A stretch of DNA of 64,000 bases from an uncultured delta proteobacterium (GTDB taxonomy: Bacteria; Desulfobacterota; BSN033; UBA1163): NCBI GenBank assembly GCA_963711845.1, contig CAVQFR010000015.1:150347-214346 (forward strand). Direction: 5' to 3'. The stretch's first letter is position 1; every line of letters begins with the position of its first letter. The position numbers and the translations under genes are program-made. The notes beneath the pieces were generated by a model that saw nothing but the letters and a program-made list of their open reading frames with translations, searched no databases and had not been told where the DNA came from. Shown one piece after another: positions 19,886-32,749 of the stretch.

Positions 19886-22036
19886 ATGAAAATTCTAAAA
19901 TATGCAGTCCTGGTATTTATGCTTTTCCATCTCCCGGCCTATTCTTCAGGTTCAACGCTGGGATCTTTACGTATCAGTTTGATTGAGGGCGATGTCCAAG
20001 TGAGAGCAGAGGACACGGGGGAGTGGGTCCCCGCTTCGATCAATATGCCATTGATGGATGGCGACCAAATATGGGTTCCCGAAGGGGGAAGAACTGAACT
20101 CCAGCTACGGGACGGGACTTTCTTGAGGCTCGATGAAAATTCCGCTCTTGAAATACTCACCGTCGAAAAGGACTCTTTTCAGTTTTATTTGACCGAAGGT
20201 CGTGGCTATGCAAATTTTAGAGGATTGAGGGAAAGCCTCCTCCAGATCGACACACCGGATTCATCAATACGGACTTATGACAGGTCGAATTTTAGCATAG
20301 AGACAACGCAGGATGGTTATACAGACATCTCTGTATACGAGGGCGTTGTCTACGCAGAAAGTAGGGAAGGAAGAACGAGCGTGGACGGGGGGAATACCCT
20401 TTCCCTCAGAAAAGGAACCTATGCGGAACTTTCTCCGTTGGGGCCTCCTGATGAATGGGAAAGATGGAACAGAGAAAGGGATCGGAGATTAGCCGAGCGG
20501 AGGCCTCCCTCACGCTATTTGCCCGATGAATTGCAGGCCTATTCCAGCGATTTTGAGGAAAACGGACGATGGGTCCAAGTAAGAGAATACGGATACGTCT
20601 GGACGCCTGCTGTTGTCGTTTCAGCCGGATGGGCTCCCTACAGGATTGGCAGATGGGTGTGGATCGGCGGCGATTATGTCTGGGTCTCCTACGAACCATG
20701 GGGTTGGGCACCCTATCACTATGGGAGATGGGCTTTTATCTCTACGATCGGATGGTGCTGGGTTCCGCCTGCACGAGGGGCTGTTTATTGGGGGCCTGGA
20801 TTTGTAGGCTGGGTTCGCACCCCTACCTATGTCTCATGGGTTCCACTGGCTCCCGCGGATATATACTACGGTCATGGCTACTACGGCCCCCACAGTGTCA
20901 ACGTTACCCAGATCAATATAACACATATTGATGTCCATAAAATTGTTTATAAGAACGTTCGTGTCCAGAATGCCGTCACCGTTGTTCACCACGATACCTT
21001 TGTCAAAGGGAAGCATGTGGAGGTCAAAGTCAGGGAGAATCCATTCCTGAAAGAGAAAATCAGTCTAGGCAGACCGGATATTAAACCAGAGAAAGCCACG
21101 GCGATGCCCATGATTAAGGAAATTCCCCAGAGAAGACGACCCCCCGAACCGATCAGAGAAATTAAAGTTAAGGAATTGAAGCGGGAGCGCCCTCTGGTAA
21201 GAGAAAAGGAAGCTTCTGTCCTAAAACCCGAGTCACCACCCAAGAAGATGCCTGTAAAACCGATAGAGAAGAGAGGGGTGGAGAGGCCTAAAGAAATGAG
21301 ACCAACGGAAAAAGGGTTCGAGAAACCTCTGGAGTTTAAGCCTTCGGAAAAAGGAGCTGACAAAGTAAAACCTGCAGAAAAAGGTATGGAGCAACTCAAG
21401 GAATTGAAACCAATTGAAAAGAGGCTAGAGAAACCTGGTCCTGTTGAAAAGGGAATTGAGAAACCGAGAGAATTCAAGCCCGCAGAAAGGGCAGTGGAAA
21501 GACCCAAGGAAGTAAAACCGCCAGAAAAGGGAGCAGAGAAACCGAGGCCTGTGGAAAAAGGGGTCGAGAAACCCAAAGAATTAAAACCTGCTGAAAGAGC
21601 AGTTGAAAAACCGAAAGAATCCAAACCAGCGGAAGGTGGCGCAAAGCCTCGAGAATTCAGACCAGCTGAAAAAGGAGTAGAAAAACCAGGCCCAGTCGAG
21701 GCGTGGAAGTGGAGAGACCCAAAGAACTCAAACCTGCTGAAAGAGCAGTTGAAAAACCGAAGGAAGTAAAACCAGTGCAAAAAGGGGCCGACAAACCACG
21801 TGAAATCAGGCCGCCAGAAAAGGGAGTAGAGAAACCGCAAAGAATTAAAACCTGCTGAAAGAGCAGTTGAAAAACCGAAGGAAGTAAAACCAGTGCAAAA
21901 AGGGGCCGACAAACCAGTGAAATCAGGCCACCGAAAAGGGAGTAAGAAAGCGAAGCCTGCGGAAAGGGGAATTGAAAAACCGAAAGAACCCGAAAAATCA
22001 CGGGAACGTAAGCCCGAAAAAGAGACAGAGAAATGA
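19886..22036 (+). CDS. Exported FecR + DUF6600-like protein with long Lys/Glu/Pro tandem-repeat tail; frame broken after about 21700
   Basis: FecR-like N-terminus, WAPYRIGRW..WVSYEPWGWAPYHYGRW; repeats continue across frames to TGA at 22036. Confidence 0.75.
21250..22030 (+). repeat. Intragenic tandem repeat (EKPKELKPAEKGV-like units)
   Basis: Near-identical units such as aaacctgctgaaagagcagttgaaaaaccgaa recur at about 21583, 21730 and 21848. Confidence 0.85.
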
Positions 22037-22294
22037 ATAATCTGCGATAAGAAAGACCTAATTACATCGAAGCAGAAAATTCGTTTCTGTTACGGAAACC
22101 TGGATTCCTTTCGTATGACTGATCGTCATTGGACATACATTGCTTGGACGGTACGAAAATTCAAAAAAGAGAAGTGTCCAAGGAAAAAGAAAGAGCAAGG
22201 CGAGAACAGACAACAACGTTGTGAATCCATTCCCTTAGCCTGTTCGGAATACTCCTGCTTTTAAAAGGGAAGGTTTTGTGATAATTGTTTTTCA

Positions 22295-22951
22295 ATGGAG
22301 GCCGAAAATAAAGATCTCCTCATTGAAGGGGCAAAGACCTTTGGCATTGATTTGGATGAAAAAGCAATTGAAGCCTTTGGACTTTATCTCAAGGAACTCC
22401 TCAAGTGGAACCAAAAGATCAATCTCACTGCGATCCGATCCGAGAAAGGGATCGTTCTAAAACATTTTCTTGATTCCCTTTCTGTCTACCCTTATCTCCC
22501 CGAACATTCCTTCATCTTGGACATTGGATCAGGGGCAGGCTTTCCCGGCATTCCTTTAAAAATCATTCAACCCTCCTTTGAGATCACTCTGATTGACTCC
22601 GTCCGAAAAAAAGTCGATTTCCAAAGACATATCATCCGAAGGCTCGGTTTAAAAGGAACAGAAGCGATCCATGGCCGTGTTCAAGATAAGGGAATCCTCC
22701 AAGAGTTAGGGGGTCGATTTGATATCACCCTCTCAAGAGCCTTTTCTGATCTTCGAACCTTTCTCCTCCTGAGTTTGCCTTTCTTGAAACAAGAAGGAAC
22801 CGTCATCGCCATGAAAGGTGAGGCGGATGATGAAGAAATTAGACTTCTCACCGGGACAGAGGGGATTCAATACCGGTTGCAAGAAACCATTCCCCTGATC
22901 CTTCCTTTCAGTTCTTTCAAAAGGACGATTCTCCTGTTTGAAAAGATATGA
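22295..22951 (+). CDS. rsmG: 16S rRNA m7G527 methyltransferase
   Basis: WNQKINLTAI, HFLDSL, DIGSGAGFPGIP, SRAF. Confidence 0.96.
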   Translation: MEAENKDLLIEGAKTFGIDLDEKAIEAFGLYLKELLKWNQKINLTAIRSEKGIVLKHFLDSLSVYPYLPEHSFILDIGSGAGFPGIPLKIIQPSFEITLIDSVRKKVDFQRHIIRRLGLKGTEAIHGRVQDKGILQELGGRFDITLSRAFSDLRTFLLLSLPFLKQEGTVIAMKGEADDEEIRLLTGTEGIQYRLQETIPLILPFSSFKRTILLFEKI

Positions 22952-23104
22952 AAGCATAACTTTATCTTTCCATCCGTCCCTTTTTTGTGCTATATAAAGG
23001 TGAACGCGGAACGCTGGGATCATGGAAGGGTGGAAGATTGGGTTTTAAAGATTGAGAGAAAATCCCCCATAATTCCAATGCGCCACCATTTCACAGGGAT
23101 CTTC

Positions 23105-23881
23105 ATGGCAAGAATTATCTGTATTGCCAATCAAAAAGGAGGGGTGGGGAAAACAACAACGGCGGTCAATCTTTCCGCCTCCATCGCCGCCGCGGAGAAA
23201 AAAGTCCTTCTCATCGACATTGATCCGCAGGGAAATTCGACGAGTGGTGTGGGTTTGAACAAAGAGGGGTCCAATGGAACCATTTACCAAGCCCTGCTTC
23301 ATGGTTCAGGACTGAAGGGAACGATTCAGAAGACCGCTCTTGCCTACTTGGATGTGGTTATTTCCAATACGGATTTGATCGGCGCAGAAGTGGAATTGAT
23401 CGAGGAAAAAGATCGCGAGAAGAAGCTGGGTCACCTGGTCCAAGAGATCGAGGCGGAATACGATTATATTTTTATCGACTGTCCTCCCTCCCTCGGGCTG
23501 CTGACCATTAACTCATTGACGGCAGCCCATTCCGTGATCATCCCGCTTCAGTGCGAGTATTACGCCTTGGAAGGATTGGGGCAGCTTCTCAAGACGATTC
23601 GCTTGATCAAACAATCCCTGAATCCAAAATTGGAGATTGAAGGAATTCTTCTCACCATGTTCGACGGCCGAAATAACCTCGCTCACCAGGTCGCCCAAGA
23701 AGTGAGAAAACACTTTAAAGAAAAGGTATTCAGGACGATCATCCCGCGAAATATTCGGCTGAGCGAAGCTCCCAGCTATGGGAAGCCCGTCCTCCTTTAC
23801 GATATTCATTCGAAGGGTGCAGAAAGTTATTTGAACCTGGCCAGAGAAATCATGATGGATGGTAAGATCGATGGCAACTAA
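23105..23881 (+). CDS. parA: Chromosome partitioning ATPase ParA/Soj
   Basis: ANQKGGVGKTTT, DPQGN, DCPPSLG, EAPSYG. Confidence 0.96.
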   Translation: MARIICIANQKGGVGKTTTAVNLSASIAAAEKKVLLIDIDPQGNSTSGVGLNKEGSNGTIYQALLHGSGLKGTIQKTALAYLDVVISNTDLIGAEVELIEEKDREKKLGHLVQEIEAEYDYIFIDCPPSLGLLTINSLTAAHSVIIPLQCEYYALEGLGQLLKTIRLIKQSLNPKLEIEGILLTMFDGRNNLAHQVAQEVRKHFKEKVFRTIIPRNIRLSEAPSYGKPVLLYDIHSKGAESYLNLAREIMMDGKIDGN

Positions 23882-24731
23882 AAGGATGGCTTTGGGGAAG
23901 GGTCTGGGAGCACTTCTCCCGGAATTTGGACAGACGGAATCAAACGCTCTCCTCTATCGCGGGATTGAAGAGATCATCCCCAATCCATCTCAGCCCCGCA
24001 AGCATTTTGACGAATCCAAACTCCAGGAATTGGCAGATTCCATTCGAGAGAAAGGGATTCTCGAACCCCTCATCGTCCGAAGGACCGATCAGGGGTATGA
24101 ACTGATCGTCGGGGAACGTCGCTGGCGGGCGGCTCAAAAGGCCGGACTAAAAGAAGTTCCCATCGTGGTAAAAGAGGTGGAAGGGAGAGAGGCTTTGGAA
24201 ATCTCTCTCATCGAAAACCTGCAGAGGGAGGACCTCAACCCTATTGAGGAAGCGGAGGCTTTTAAGCATCTGATAGAGGAGTTCAGTATCAGCCAGGAGG
24301 ACTTGAGTAAACGGATTGGCAAGGATCGAACGACGATCACCAATACCCTTCGGCTTTTAAAGCTCCCATTGGAAATAAGAAATCAACTCCTGCAAAATCG
24401 CATCACTCCCGGACATGCCAGAGCCATTCTCAGCCTTGAAAGCAAGGAGAAGCAAAAGGAACTTTGTGCCGTCATTATTAAAAAAGGCCTTTCGGTGAGA
24501 GAGGCTGAAAGCTTAGCAAAACGATGGTCAGCGAAACTTCAAAAGACGGTATCCTCCATAAAGAGAAAGGGTGATTTAGAGAGCCAACTCCACAGTCTTC
24601 AGGATTCTTTGAGAAAATGCTTGGGAACAAAAGTCCATATCACCCAAAAAGGAAACGGAGGAAAGATAGAGATTGAATACTTCTCCCATGAAGATTTGGA
24701 AAGGATTGTGGAAGCAATCCTTGGAAAATGA
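23871..24731 (+). CDS. parB: Chromosome partitioning protein ParB
   Basis: LGKGLGALL, QPRKHF, GERRWRA, ENLQREDLNP. Confidence 0.97.
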   Translation: MATKRMALGKGLGALLPEFGQTESNALLYRGIEEIIPNPSQPRKHFDESKLQELADSIREKGILEPLIVRRTDQGYELIVGERRWRAAQKAGLKEVPIVVKEVEGREALEISLIENLQREDLNPIEEAEAFKHLIEEFSISQEDLSKRIGKDRTTITNTLRLLKLPLEIRNQLLQNRITPGHARAILSLESKEKQKELCAVIIKKGLSVREAESLAKRWSAKLQKTVSSIKRKGDLESQLHSLQDSLRKCLGTKVHITQKGNGGKIEIEYFSHEDLERIVEAILGK

Positions 24732-24732
24732 G

Positions 24733-24957
24733 AAATCCGGAATCCGAATATCGAAATTCGAAACAAATCTTCAACAAAGGGGAGCGTTCAAAGGTCAAAG
24801 TCCCAATGCCGAATAAATGTTAAATTCCAAAATAGGATTCTGAAACGAGTTCAGAATGACACCCTTGACATGCCGAACGTCTAGATTTCGCATGTCATTT
24901 GAGCTTTGGATTTCATTGATCCCGGCAAGGCGGGATTGAGCTTTGTCATTTGACATT
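24733..24957. repeat. Heptamer arrays with embedded half-REP and palindrome
   Basis: aaatccg-gaatccg-aatatcg-aaattcg; ggattctgaaacgagttcagaatgac; ...tttgagc-tttggat...tcccggcaaggcggga...tttgtca-tttgaca. Confidence 0.65.
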
Positions 24958-24985
24958 AAGCCTTATCATTCGAAAGGAGTCACCC

Positions 24986-25438
24986 ATGTCAACAGGAAAA
25001 GCTCTTTTTTCTAAGAACAGTCCTACCCCTCCACCTCCCTCTGAGGAAATCAGCGCTTATTTAGGAAAGGAGACCACCTTTCAGGGAAAGATGACCTTCG
25101 AAGGCGTCTTTCGTCTGGACGGGAAATTTGAGGGAGAAATCTTCGACAGCGGAACATTAATTGTCGGTGAGACAGCGAACATCAAAGGGAAGATCGGGCT
25201 CCAAACACTCATCATCAATGGCCGGGTGGATGGGGACATCTATGCCAAGGCCCGGGTGGAAATTCATGCGACCGGTAAAGTCTACGGAACCCTATCTACC
25301 CCAATCCTTACCATTAATGAGGGCGGAATTTTCGAGGGGAGCTGCAAAATGGAGGGTGGAATTGAGGATCATCCCGACCTTCCCTCTCAAAATGTGGACC
25401 ATCCTTCATCATCCCTCACCCCGAGGGGAGAGGAGTAG
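24986..25438 (+). CDS. Bactofilin (polymer-forming cytoskeletal protein)
   Basis: LGKETTFQGKMTFEG..RLDGKFEG, GAxFEG-like GGIFEGSCKM; AAGGAG RBS. Confidence 0.92.
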   Translation: MSTGKALFSKNSPTPPPPSEEISAYLGKETTFQGKMTFEGVFRLDGKFEGEIFDSGTLIVGETANIKGKIGLQTLIINGRVDGDIYAKARVEIHATGKVYGTLSTPILTINEGGIFEGSCKMEGGIEDHPDLPSQNVDHPSSSLTPRGEE

Positions 25439-25460
25439 GGTGAGAAAAACAAAAAAGCCA

Positions 25461-25497
25461 TTGACAACATTTTTCCACTATGTTAATTAATTCACAT
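25461..25497 (+). promoter_or_regulatory. atp operon promoter region with Rex-like operator
   Basis: TTGACA at 25461; ATGTTAA-TTAA-TTCACAT (25480-25497) vs Rex consensus TTGTGAA-N4-TTCACAA. Confidence 0.55.
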
Positions 25498-25511
25498 TTT
25501 ATCGTTGCCTG

Positions 25512-25742
25512 ATGTCTCCCGACCAAAAACCGAAGGGAACCCTTGGCGAATGGATGCGTTATGCCAATATTGGCATCGAGATGATGGTGTCGGTTTTGAT
25601 CGGGGCATTTGGTGGATATGGCTTGGATTATTTATTTCATACCAAACCTTGGTTGATGATCGTCGGTTTCATCTTCGGTTCGGCGGCTGGCTTTCGAAGT
25701 CTTTTTCGACTCCTCGAACAAGAAAACAAGAAAAAGGATTAG
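25512..25742 (+). CDS. atpZ: AtpZ/AtpI-family protein
   Basis: IGIEMMVSVLIG..GYGLDYLFHTKPWLMIVG; first gene of atp operon. Confidence 0.85.
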   Translation: MSPDQKPKGTLGEWMRYANIGIEMMVSVLIGAFGGYGLDYLFHTKPWLMIVGFIFGSAAGFRSLFRLLEQENKKKD

Positions 25743-25743
25743 A

Positions 25744-26055
25744 ATGAATTCTATCCTTCTGGGAATGATCGCCGGAGTGGCCCTGGCCCTGCTCAATTTC
25801 TTAGCTTCAGGATTCTATTCCTCCAGGGTTACCTCTCGGTCCCAGATGACCTCAGTTGTCCTGGTCGTTATAGGATTTGTTGTCAGGTTGACAATGGTCG
25901 GTATCGTTTTCTACATTCTCACAAGAGTTAAATGGATTCACTTTCAAACATCCCTGATCACGTTTGCAATCTTCTTTACTCTTTGCACCCTATGGAAGGC
26001 AGCCCGCATTTACAGGGAAGCAAAACCGCTGATAAAACAACAAACAGAGATATGA
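25744..26055 (+). CDS. atpI: ATP synthase protein I
   Basis: Small multi-TM protein between atpZ and atpB. Confidence 0.7.
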   Translation: MNSILLGMIAGVALALLNFLASGFYSSRVTSRSQMTSVVLVVIGFVVRLTMVGIVFYILTRVKWIHFQTSLITFAIFFTLCTLWKAARIYREAKPLIKQQTEI

Positions 26056-26065
26056 GGGAATATCT

Positions 26066-26818
26066 ATGAACTTGATGGAGCACCTTCAACCCCATGTATA
26101 CATCCCGCTCAAGATCGGTGGCATCGATATTTCCATTACGAATGCTGTCGTGGCAATCTGGATCGCAAGCTTTCTGGTCTTTCTGACGCTGACCCTGGCA
26201 GGACGGGCAGGGAGATTGGTGCCAAAGGGGATTCAAAACTTTATGGAGACCCTGGTCCAATTTGCGAGACAAACCCTTGTCGTCGAAATCCTCGGAGAGG
26301 AAGGGCTCTCCTGGTTTCCGTTCATCGCCACCCTTTTCTTCTTTATCCTCTACTGTAACCTTCTCGGACTCGTTCCGGTTTTTCCGGGCTTCACGCCGAC
26401 CTCCAACATCTGGGTTACGGCCTCCCTTGCGGTCGTGGTCTTCATCTGCACCCATGCTGCTGGAATCGCCAAACATGGAATCGGAAGATATTTTAAGAAC
26501 TTTATCCCCGGCGGAATGCCCAGGGGTATTGGCGGCATCGTTCTCACCGGCTTTTTGCTTCTTGTCGAAATCATCAGTCACCTCGCGCGACCTTTCTCTC
26601 TGGCGGTCCGGCTCTTTGCCAATATGACGGCAGGGCATCTTGTAATCATGGTTTTCATTTCGATGATCTTTATGATCAGCGCCTTCATCACTCCCGTCTC
26701 CGTGGTCATGGCGGTGGTGATGATGGCTTTTGAGATTTTCGTCTGTGTCCTGCAGGCGTTCATCTTCGCGATCTTAGCTTCAATTTACATTAGCCTTGCG
26801 GTACATGCAGAACATTAG
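26066..26818 (+). CDS. atpB: ATP synthase Fo subunit a
   Basis: RPFSLAVRLFANMTAGH, LQAFIF. Confidence 0.97.
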   Translation: MNLMEHLQPHVYIPLKIGGIDISITNAVVAIWIASFLVFLTLTLAGRAGRLVPKGIQNFMETLVQFARQTLVVEILGEEGLSWFPFIATLFFFILYCNLLGLVPVFPGFTPTSNIWVTASLAVVVFICTHAAGIAKHGIGRYFKNFIPGGMPRGIGGIVLTGFLLLVEIISHLARPFSLAVRLFANMTAGHLVIMVFISMIFMISAFITPVSVVMAVVMMAFEIFVCVLQAFIFAILASIYISLAVHAEH

Positions 26819-26852
26819 AAGGAACAACCACATTCTACTATCTACTTTCTAA

Positions 26853-27116
<264 letters not shown>

Positions 27117-27224
27117 TGATTTTTTATCTTGATTGAGGGGCCCCTATCAGGGTCTCTCCGGTGCAATCGGGTCTGGAAACGAGGTCCCGACCATCTTGAA
27201 TAAAAAATTGGGAGGAGCATAAAC

Positions 27225-27719
27225 ATGTTTAAATTTGAACCCGGATTGATTATCTGGACCCTCATCTCTTTCTTCATTCTTCTCATTCTGTTGAAGAAGG
27301 TTGCTTTTCCACCGATCCTCAAGGGGATGAAAAAGAGAGAGGAGACCATTAAACAACAACTGGAAGAGGCCCAAAAAACGAAACAGGAAGCGGAAGACCT
27401 CCTGGAGGGTTACAAACGCCAGCTTGCCGAGGCCCGTTCCGAAGCCCAGAAGATCATCAATGAAGGAAAATCCCTGGGCGAGAACATGCGAAAAGAAATC
27501 GTCCAGAAGGCCCAGGCGGAATCTAACCAGATCGTCAAGAGGGCCCAGGAAGAAATCGAACTTCAAAAACAGAAGGCCATCCTCGAACTTCAGGAAAAAA
27601 TCGCCGATCTTTCCATCATGGCGGCAACGAAGATTATCAACAAATCCCTGAATACGGAAGACAATCGTCGTCTGGTGGAGGAATATGTCTCTAAGGTAGG
27701 TGACCTCTATGGCAAGTGA
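27225..27719 (+). CDS. atpF: ATP synthase Fo subunit b
   Basis: N-terminal TM, PILKGMKKRE, coiled coil. Confidence 0.95.
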   Translation: MFKFEPGLIIWTLISFFILLILLKKVAFPPILKGMKKREETIKQQLEEAQKTKQEAEDLLEGYKRQLAEARSEAQKIINEGKSLGENMRKEIVQKAQAESNQIVKRAQEEIELQKQKAILELQEKIADLSIMAATKIINKSLNTEDNRRLVEEYVSKVGDLYGK

Positions 27720-28251
27720 TCCCTTAGTCAAGTCCTATGCGGAGGCTCTCTTTCAGGTAGCACGGGCGGAGGAGATGCTTGACCGGGTGGAAGAGGAACT
27801 GACCCGACTGAACAAATCCCTGGAATCGAATGCAGAATTGAGGGAATTTCTGAGCACTCTGCAGATCTCTCCCGACGGGAAGAAAAGTGCTCTTTCTCAG
27901 ATTTTTGGCCAGAAGATCTCGCCGATCACCCTTCACTGGATCGACATGGTGGTCGATCAGGGAAGACAGAGAAGGTTACCGGCGATCATCGAAGCCTTCC
28001 TCACGCTCGCTCAAGATGCCCGTGAAAAGGTGACCGCAGAGGTGATTACTTCGGTTCCCCTTTCAGAGGATCTTGCAAAGCGTCTCGAACAGGAGCTCTC
28101 TAAAATCACCAAGAAGCGAGTCTTCCTCAAACCCATGGTTGATGATTCGATCCTGGGCGGAGTGATCGTCAAGATCGAGAATAAGGTGATCGACGGAAGT
28201 GTAAGACACCGACTCGAAGAGATTAAAAATGAAATGATCAAAACTGCTTAA
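27709..28251 (+). CDS. atpH: ATP synthase F1 delta
   Basis: YAEALF, VDDSILGGVIVKIENKVIDGSV. Confidence 0.95.
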   Translation: MASDPLVKSYAEALFQVARAEEMLDRVEEELTRLNKSLESNAELREFLSTLQISPDGKKSALSQIFGQKISPITLHWIDMVVDQGRQRRLPAIIEAFLTLAQDAREKVTAEVITSVPLSEDLAKRLEQELSKITKKRVFLKPMVDDSILGGVIVKIENKVIDGSVRHRLEEIKNEMIKTA

Positions 28252-28263
28252 CCAAGAGAAGGG

Positions 28264-29790
28264 GTGAAGACTGTGGAACTGAAGATCAATCCGGAAGAAA
28301 TATCAGCGATTCTAAAACGACACATTGAACAATATCAGGTCAAAATGGAAATGGAGGAGGTCGGCGAGGTCATCGAGGCCGGGGATGGGATTGCCCGGAT
28401 CAAAGGCCTTCCCAGTTGCATGTCCGCTGAAATGCTCGAATTTCCGGGGGGAATCTATGGGATGGCCCTCAACCTTGAAGAGGACCAGATCGGAGCCATG
28501 ATTCTGGGCGATATTGCCCACATTGAACAGGGAGATGCCGTCAAGCGAACCGGCAAGGTGCTCTCCGTCCCGGTGGGGGATGCTTTAGTCGGAAGAATCG
28601 TCAATGCCTTGGGCCAGCCCATTGATGGAAAAGGTCCCATCCATACCGATAAATTACGGCTGATTGAAGGTGTGGCGCCCAATGTCGTGGAAAGACAGCC
28701 GGTGAAGGAACCCCTCCAGACAGGATTGAAATGCATTGACTCCATGATCCCCATTGGAAGAGGTCAACGAGAATTGATCATCGGTGACCGCCAGACCGGA
28801 AAAACAGCCATTGCTGTTGATACGATCCTGAATCAAAAAGGAAGGGACGTCATCTGTATCTACGTGGCCATCGGCCAGAAGCAGTCGACCGTGGCAGCCG
28901 TGGTCAACACCTTCCAGGAGTATGGAGCCATGGAATATACAACCGTGGTGGCCGCCACAGCGAGTGACCCTGCACCCATGCAATTCGTAGCCCCTTACGC
29001 AGGATGCGCCATGGGTGAAGAATTCAGGGATACCGGCCGCCATGCCCTGGTCATTTATGACGACCTCTGGAAGCATGCTGTGGCCTATCGGCAGGTCTCG
29101 CTCTTACTTAGAAGACCACCGGGTCGGGAGGCATTTCCAGGCGACATTTTCAACCTTCATTCGAGGCTACTGGAAAGGGCGGCCAAATTAAATGATGAGC
29201 TGGGAGGAGGGTCTCTCACCGCCCTGCCCATCGTGGAGACCCAGGCAGGCGATTTTTCGGCTTACATCCCTACGAATGTGATTTCCATTACCGATGGGCA
29301 GATCTATTTAGAGGGTGATCTTTTCTATGCCGGAGTTCGACCCGCTGTCTCAGTCGGTCTCTCCGTTTCCCGTGTCGGTGGGAATGCACAGATCAAGGCG
29401 ATGAAGAAAGTAGCGGGAATGCTCAGGCTCGACCTTGCCCAATATCGAGAGCTGGTCACCTTTGCCAAATTCGGTTCAGAACTGGACAAAGCGACTCAAG
29501 CCCAGATCACTCGTGGGGAACGTCTGGTGGAAATCTTGAAACAACCCCAATACGTTCCGATGCCGGTCGAAGATCAGGTCATGATTATTTTTGTGGGGGA
29601 GAATGGCTATCTCGATGACCTTCCCATCGAGAGAATAAAAGACTTCGAGGCAGGGTTCTATCCCTTTATCCGTGAAAAATACCCGCAGATCCCTCAAGGA
29701 ATTCGGCAGCAGAAGGAGCTTCCGGAGGAGCTTTCGAAACTGCTCCATCAAGCTGCTCAAGAGTTTAAGAAAAATTTTGTCTCGACATAA
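28264..29790 (+). CDS. atpA: ATP synthase F1 alpha
   Basis: [31 protein letters not shown]. Confidence 0.99.
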   Translation: MKTVELKINPEEISAILKRHIEQYQVKMEMEEVGEVIEAGDGIARIKGLPSCMSAEMLEFPGGIYGMALNLEEDQIGAMILGDIAHIEQGDAVKRTGKVLSVPVGDALVGRIVNALGQPIDGKGPIHTDKLRLIEGVAPNVVERQPVKEPLQTGLKCIDSMIPIGRGQRELIIGDRQTGKTAIAVDTILNQKGRDVICIYVAIGQKQSTVAAVVNTFQEYGAMEYTTVVAATASDPAPMQFVAPYAGCAMGEEFRDTGRHALVIYDDLWKHAVAYRQVSLLLRRPPGREAFPGDIFNLHSRLLERAAKLNDELGGGSLTALPIVETQAGDFSAYIPTNVISITDGQIYLEGDLFYAGVRPAVSVGLSVSRVGGNAQIKAMKKVAGMLRLDLAQYRELVTFAKFGSELDKATQAQITRGERLVEILKQPQYVPMPVEDQVMIIFVGENGYLDDLPIERIKDFEAGFYPFIREKYPQIPQGIRQQKELPEELSKLLHQAAQEFKKNFVST

Positions 29791-29799
29791 TAATATTTA

Positions 29800-29891
29800 A
29801 CCCTTCTCCCTTGACGGGAGAAGGCTAGGGTGAGGGTGAACAGATGAAGTCCCCCTACGCCTGTCATCCCCTCCCACCCGGGGAGGGGAAA
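29800..29891. repeat. CCCTCTCCC-type double hairpin repeat (related copies near 15215-15275, 16695-16760, 25410-25445)
   Basis: cccttctcccttgacgggagaaggctagggtgagggtg ... cccctcccacccggggagggg. Confidence 0.6.
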
Positions 29892-29911
29892 TTTCATTGG
29901 TAATTTGGAAC

Positions 29912-30790
29912 ATGCTCGGGACGAAAGAAATCAAGCGAAGAATTCGGAGTGTTATCAGCATCCAGCAGATCACCCGTGCGATGCAGATGATCGCGGTCTC
30001 ACGGCTTAAACGGGCCGAGGATCGGCTCCGTTCGGCAAGGCCCTATGCCCAGAAGATCCAGGAATTCATGGAAACCCTTGCTCCCTCCCTTTCTTCGATC
30101 CGCCATCCCCTTCTTATCCAGCGCCCAGTGAATAAGATCGGTCTGGTCCTCATCACTGCGGATAAAGGGCTCTGCGGCGGCTACAATGCGAACGTTCTCA
30201 ACCACGCCCAAAAATTCCTCGATCATTTTTCTGATAAGGAACTTCGCCTCATCCTCATTGGAAAGAAGGGGTATGACTTTTACAGAAGAAAAAAATTTCC
30301 CATTGACCACACGCTTCTCCAAATCTCAAAGGATATCACCCTTCAGGAGGTGAAAGAGATTTCCGGAGTCGTCATCAAAGGCTTTGAGGAAGGACGCTAT
30401 GATGAGGTGGACCTGATCTACACCCGGTATACCTCTGCGATGAACACACATCCCACAACCATGAAGTTATTGCCGCTCGAAAAATCAGAAGTCCTCAAAA
30501 CAGGGGGCAGCATCAAAGGAGAACCGCTTTTTGAACCGGACCCTGAAGAGATCATGTCTCTCTTGCTTCCAAAATATCTCGAGGCCCAGATCTACAATGG
30601 TCTGGTCGAGTCCGTCGCCAGCGAGCAGGGTGCCCGGATGGTCTCGATGAAATCAGCCACAGAAAATGCTGAAGAGATGATCTCTTTTCTCACTCTGAGT
30701 TACAACAAGGCCCGGCAGGCTTCCATCACCAAAGAGCTCTTGGAGGTAACCACCGGAGCAGAAGCCCTCCGGTACGCCAAACAAAAAAGG

Positions 30791-30793
<3 letters not shown>
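29912..30793 (+). CDS. atpG: ATP synthase F1 gamma
   Basis: ITRAMQMIA, DKGLCGGYN, SEQGARM, NKARQASITKE. Confidence 0.98.
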
Positions 30794-32288
<1,495 letters not shown>

Positions 32289-32329
32289 TTTCAGATTTCA
32301 GATCGCGGATTGCAGATTGAATTAAGAAA

Positions 32330-32749
32330 ATGGAACAACAACCTTTCACTCTGGACATCGTGACCCTGAAGAAAGTGGCTTTTAGCGAGGAGATCAGGTC
32401 TGTCAACGCCCCCGGGGCAGAGGGCTATTTCAGCATCCTCGTCAACCATACTCCCTTTGTATCAAGCCTTAAACCAGGAGTGATCAAGGTCACCCGGGAA
32501 AATGGAGAAACATTGACGTTTTCCACCAGTGGCGGCTTTCTCATGACAGATGGCAAAAAGGTCATCCTACTGGCTGACGCAGTGGAGAGCCCTGAAGAGA
32601 TCGATGTCGCTCGGGCGCAGGCGGCAAAAGAGAGAGCGGAAAAGCGATTGACTGAAAAAACCCCGGATATGGATATTGATCGAGCAAGATTGGCTTTGCT
32701 TCGAGCCCTCAATCGCCTCAAGGTCGCCGAATTTACCAGGATGAAGTAA
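32330..32749 (+). CDS. atpC: ATP synthase F1 epsilon
   Basis: APGAEGYFSILVNHTP, IDVARAQAAKERAE, ALLRALNRL. Confidence 0.96.
   Translation: MEQQPFTLDIVTLKKVAFSEEIRSVNAPGAEGYFSILVNHTPFVSSLKPGVIKVTRENGETLTFSTSGGFLMTDGKKVILLADAVESPEEIDVARAQAAKERAEKRLTEKTPDMDIDRARLALLRALNRLKVAEFTRMK

Noticed and set aside
20986-21912. 308-aa antisense ORF
   Set aside because: Shadow of the repeat tail on the plus strand; low complexity
21250-22030. Possible CRISPR array
   Set aside because: Repeats are in-frame coding units without unique spacers; no cas genes
21790-22100. parS sites or oriC near parAB
   Set aside because: Only half matches (cacgtgaaa); no full TGTTTCACGTGAAACA or DnaA-box cluster seen
22218-22232. 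15-mer gttgtgaatccattc also present at 51184
   Set aside because: Only a Rex half-site; a match of this length can occur by chance in 64 kb
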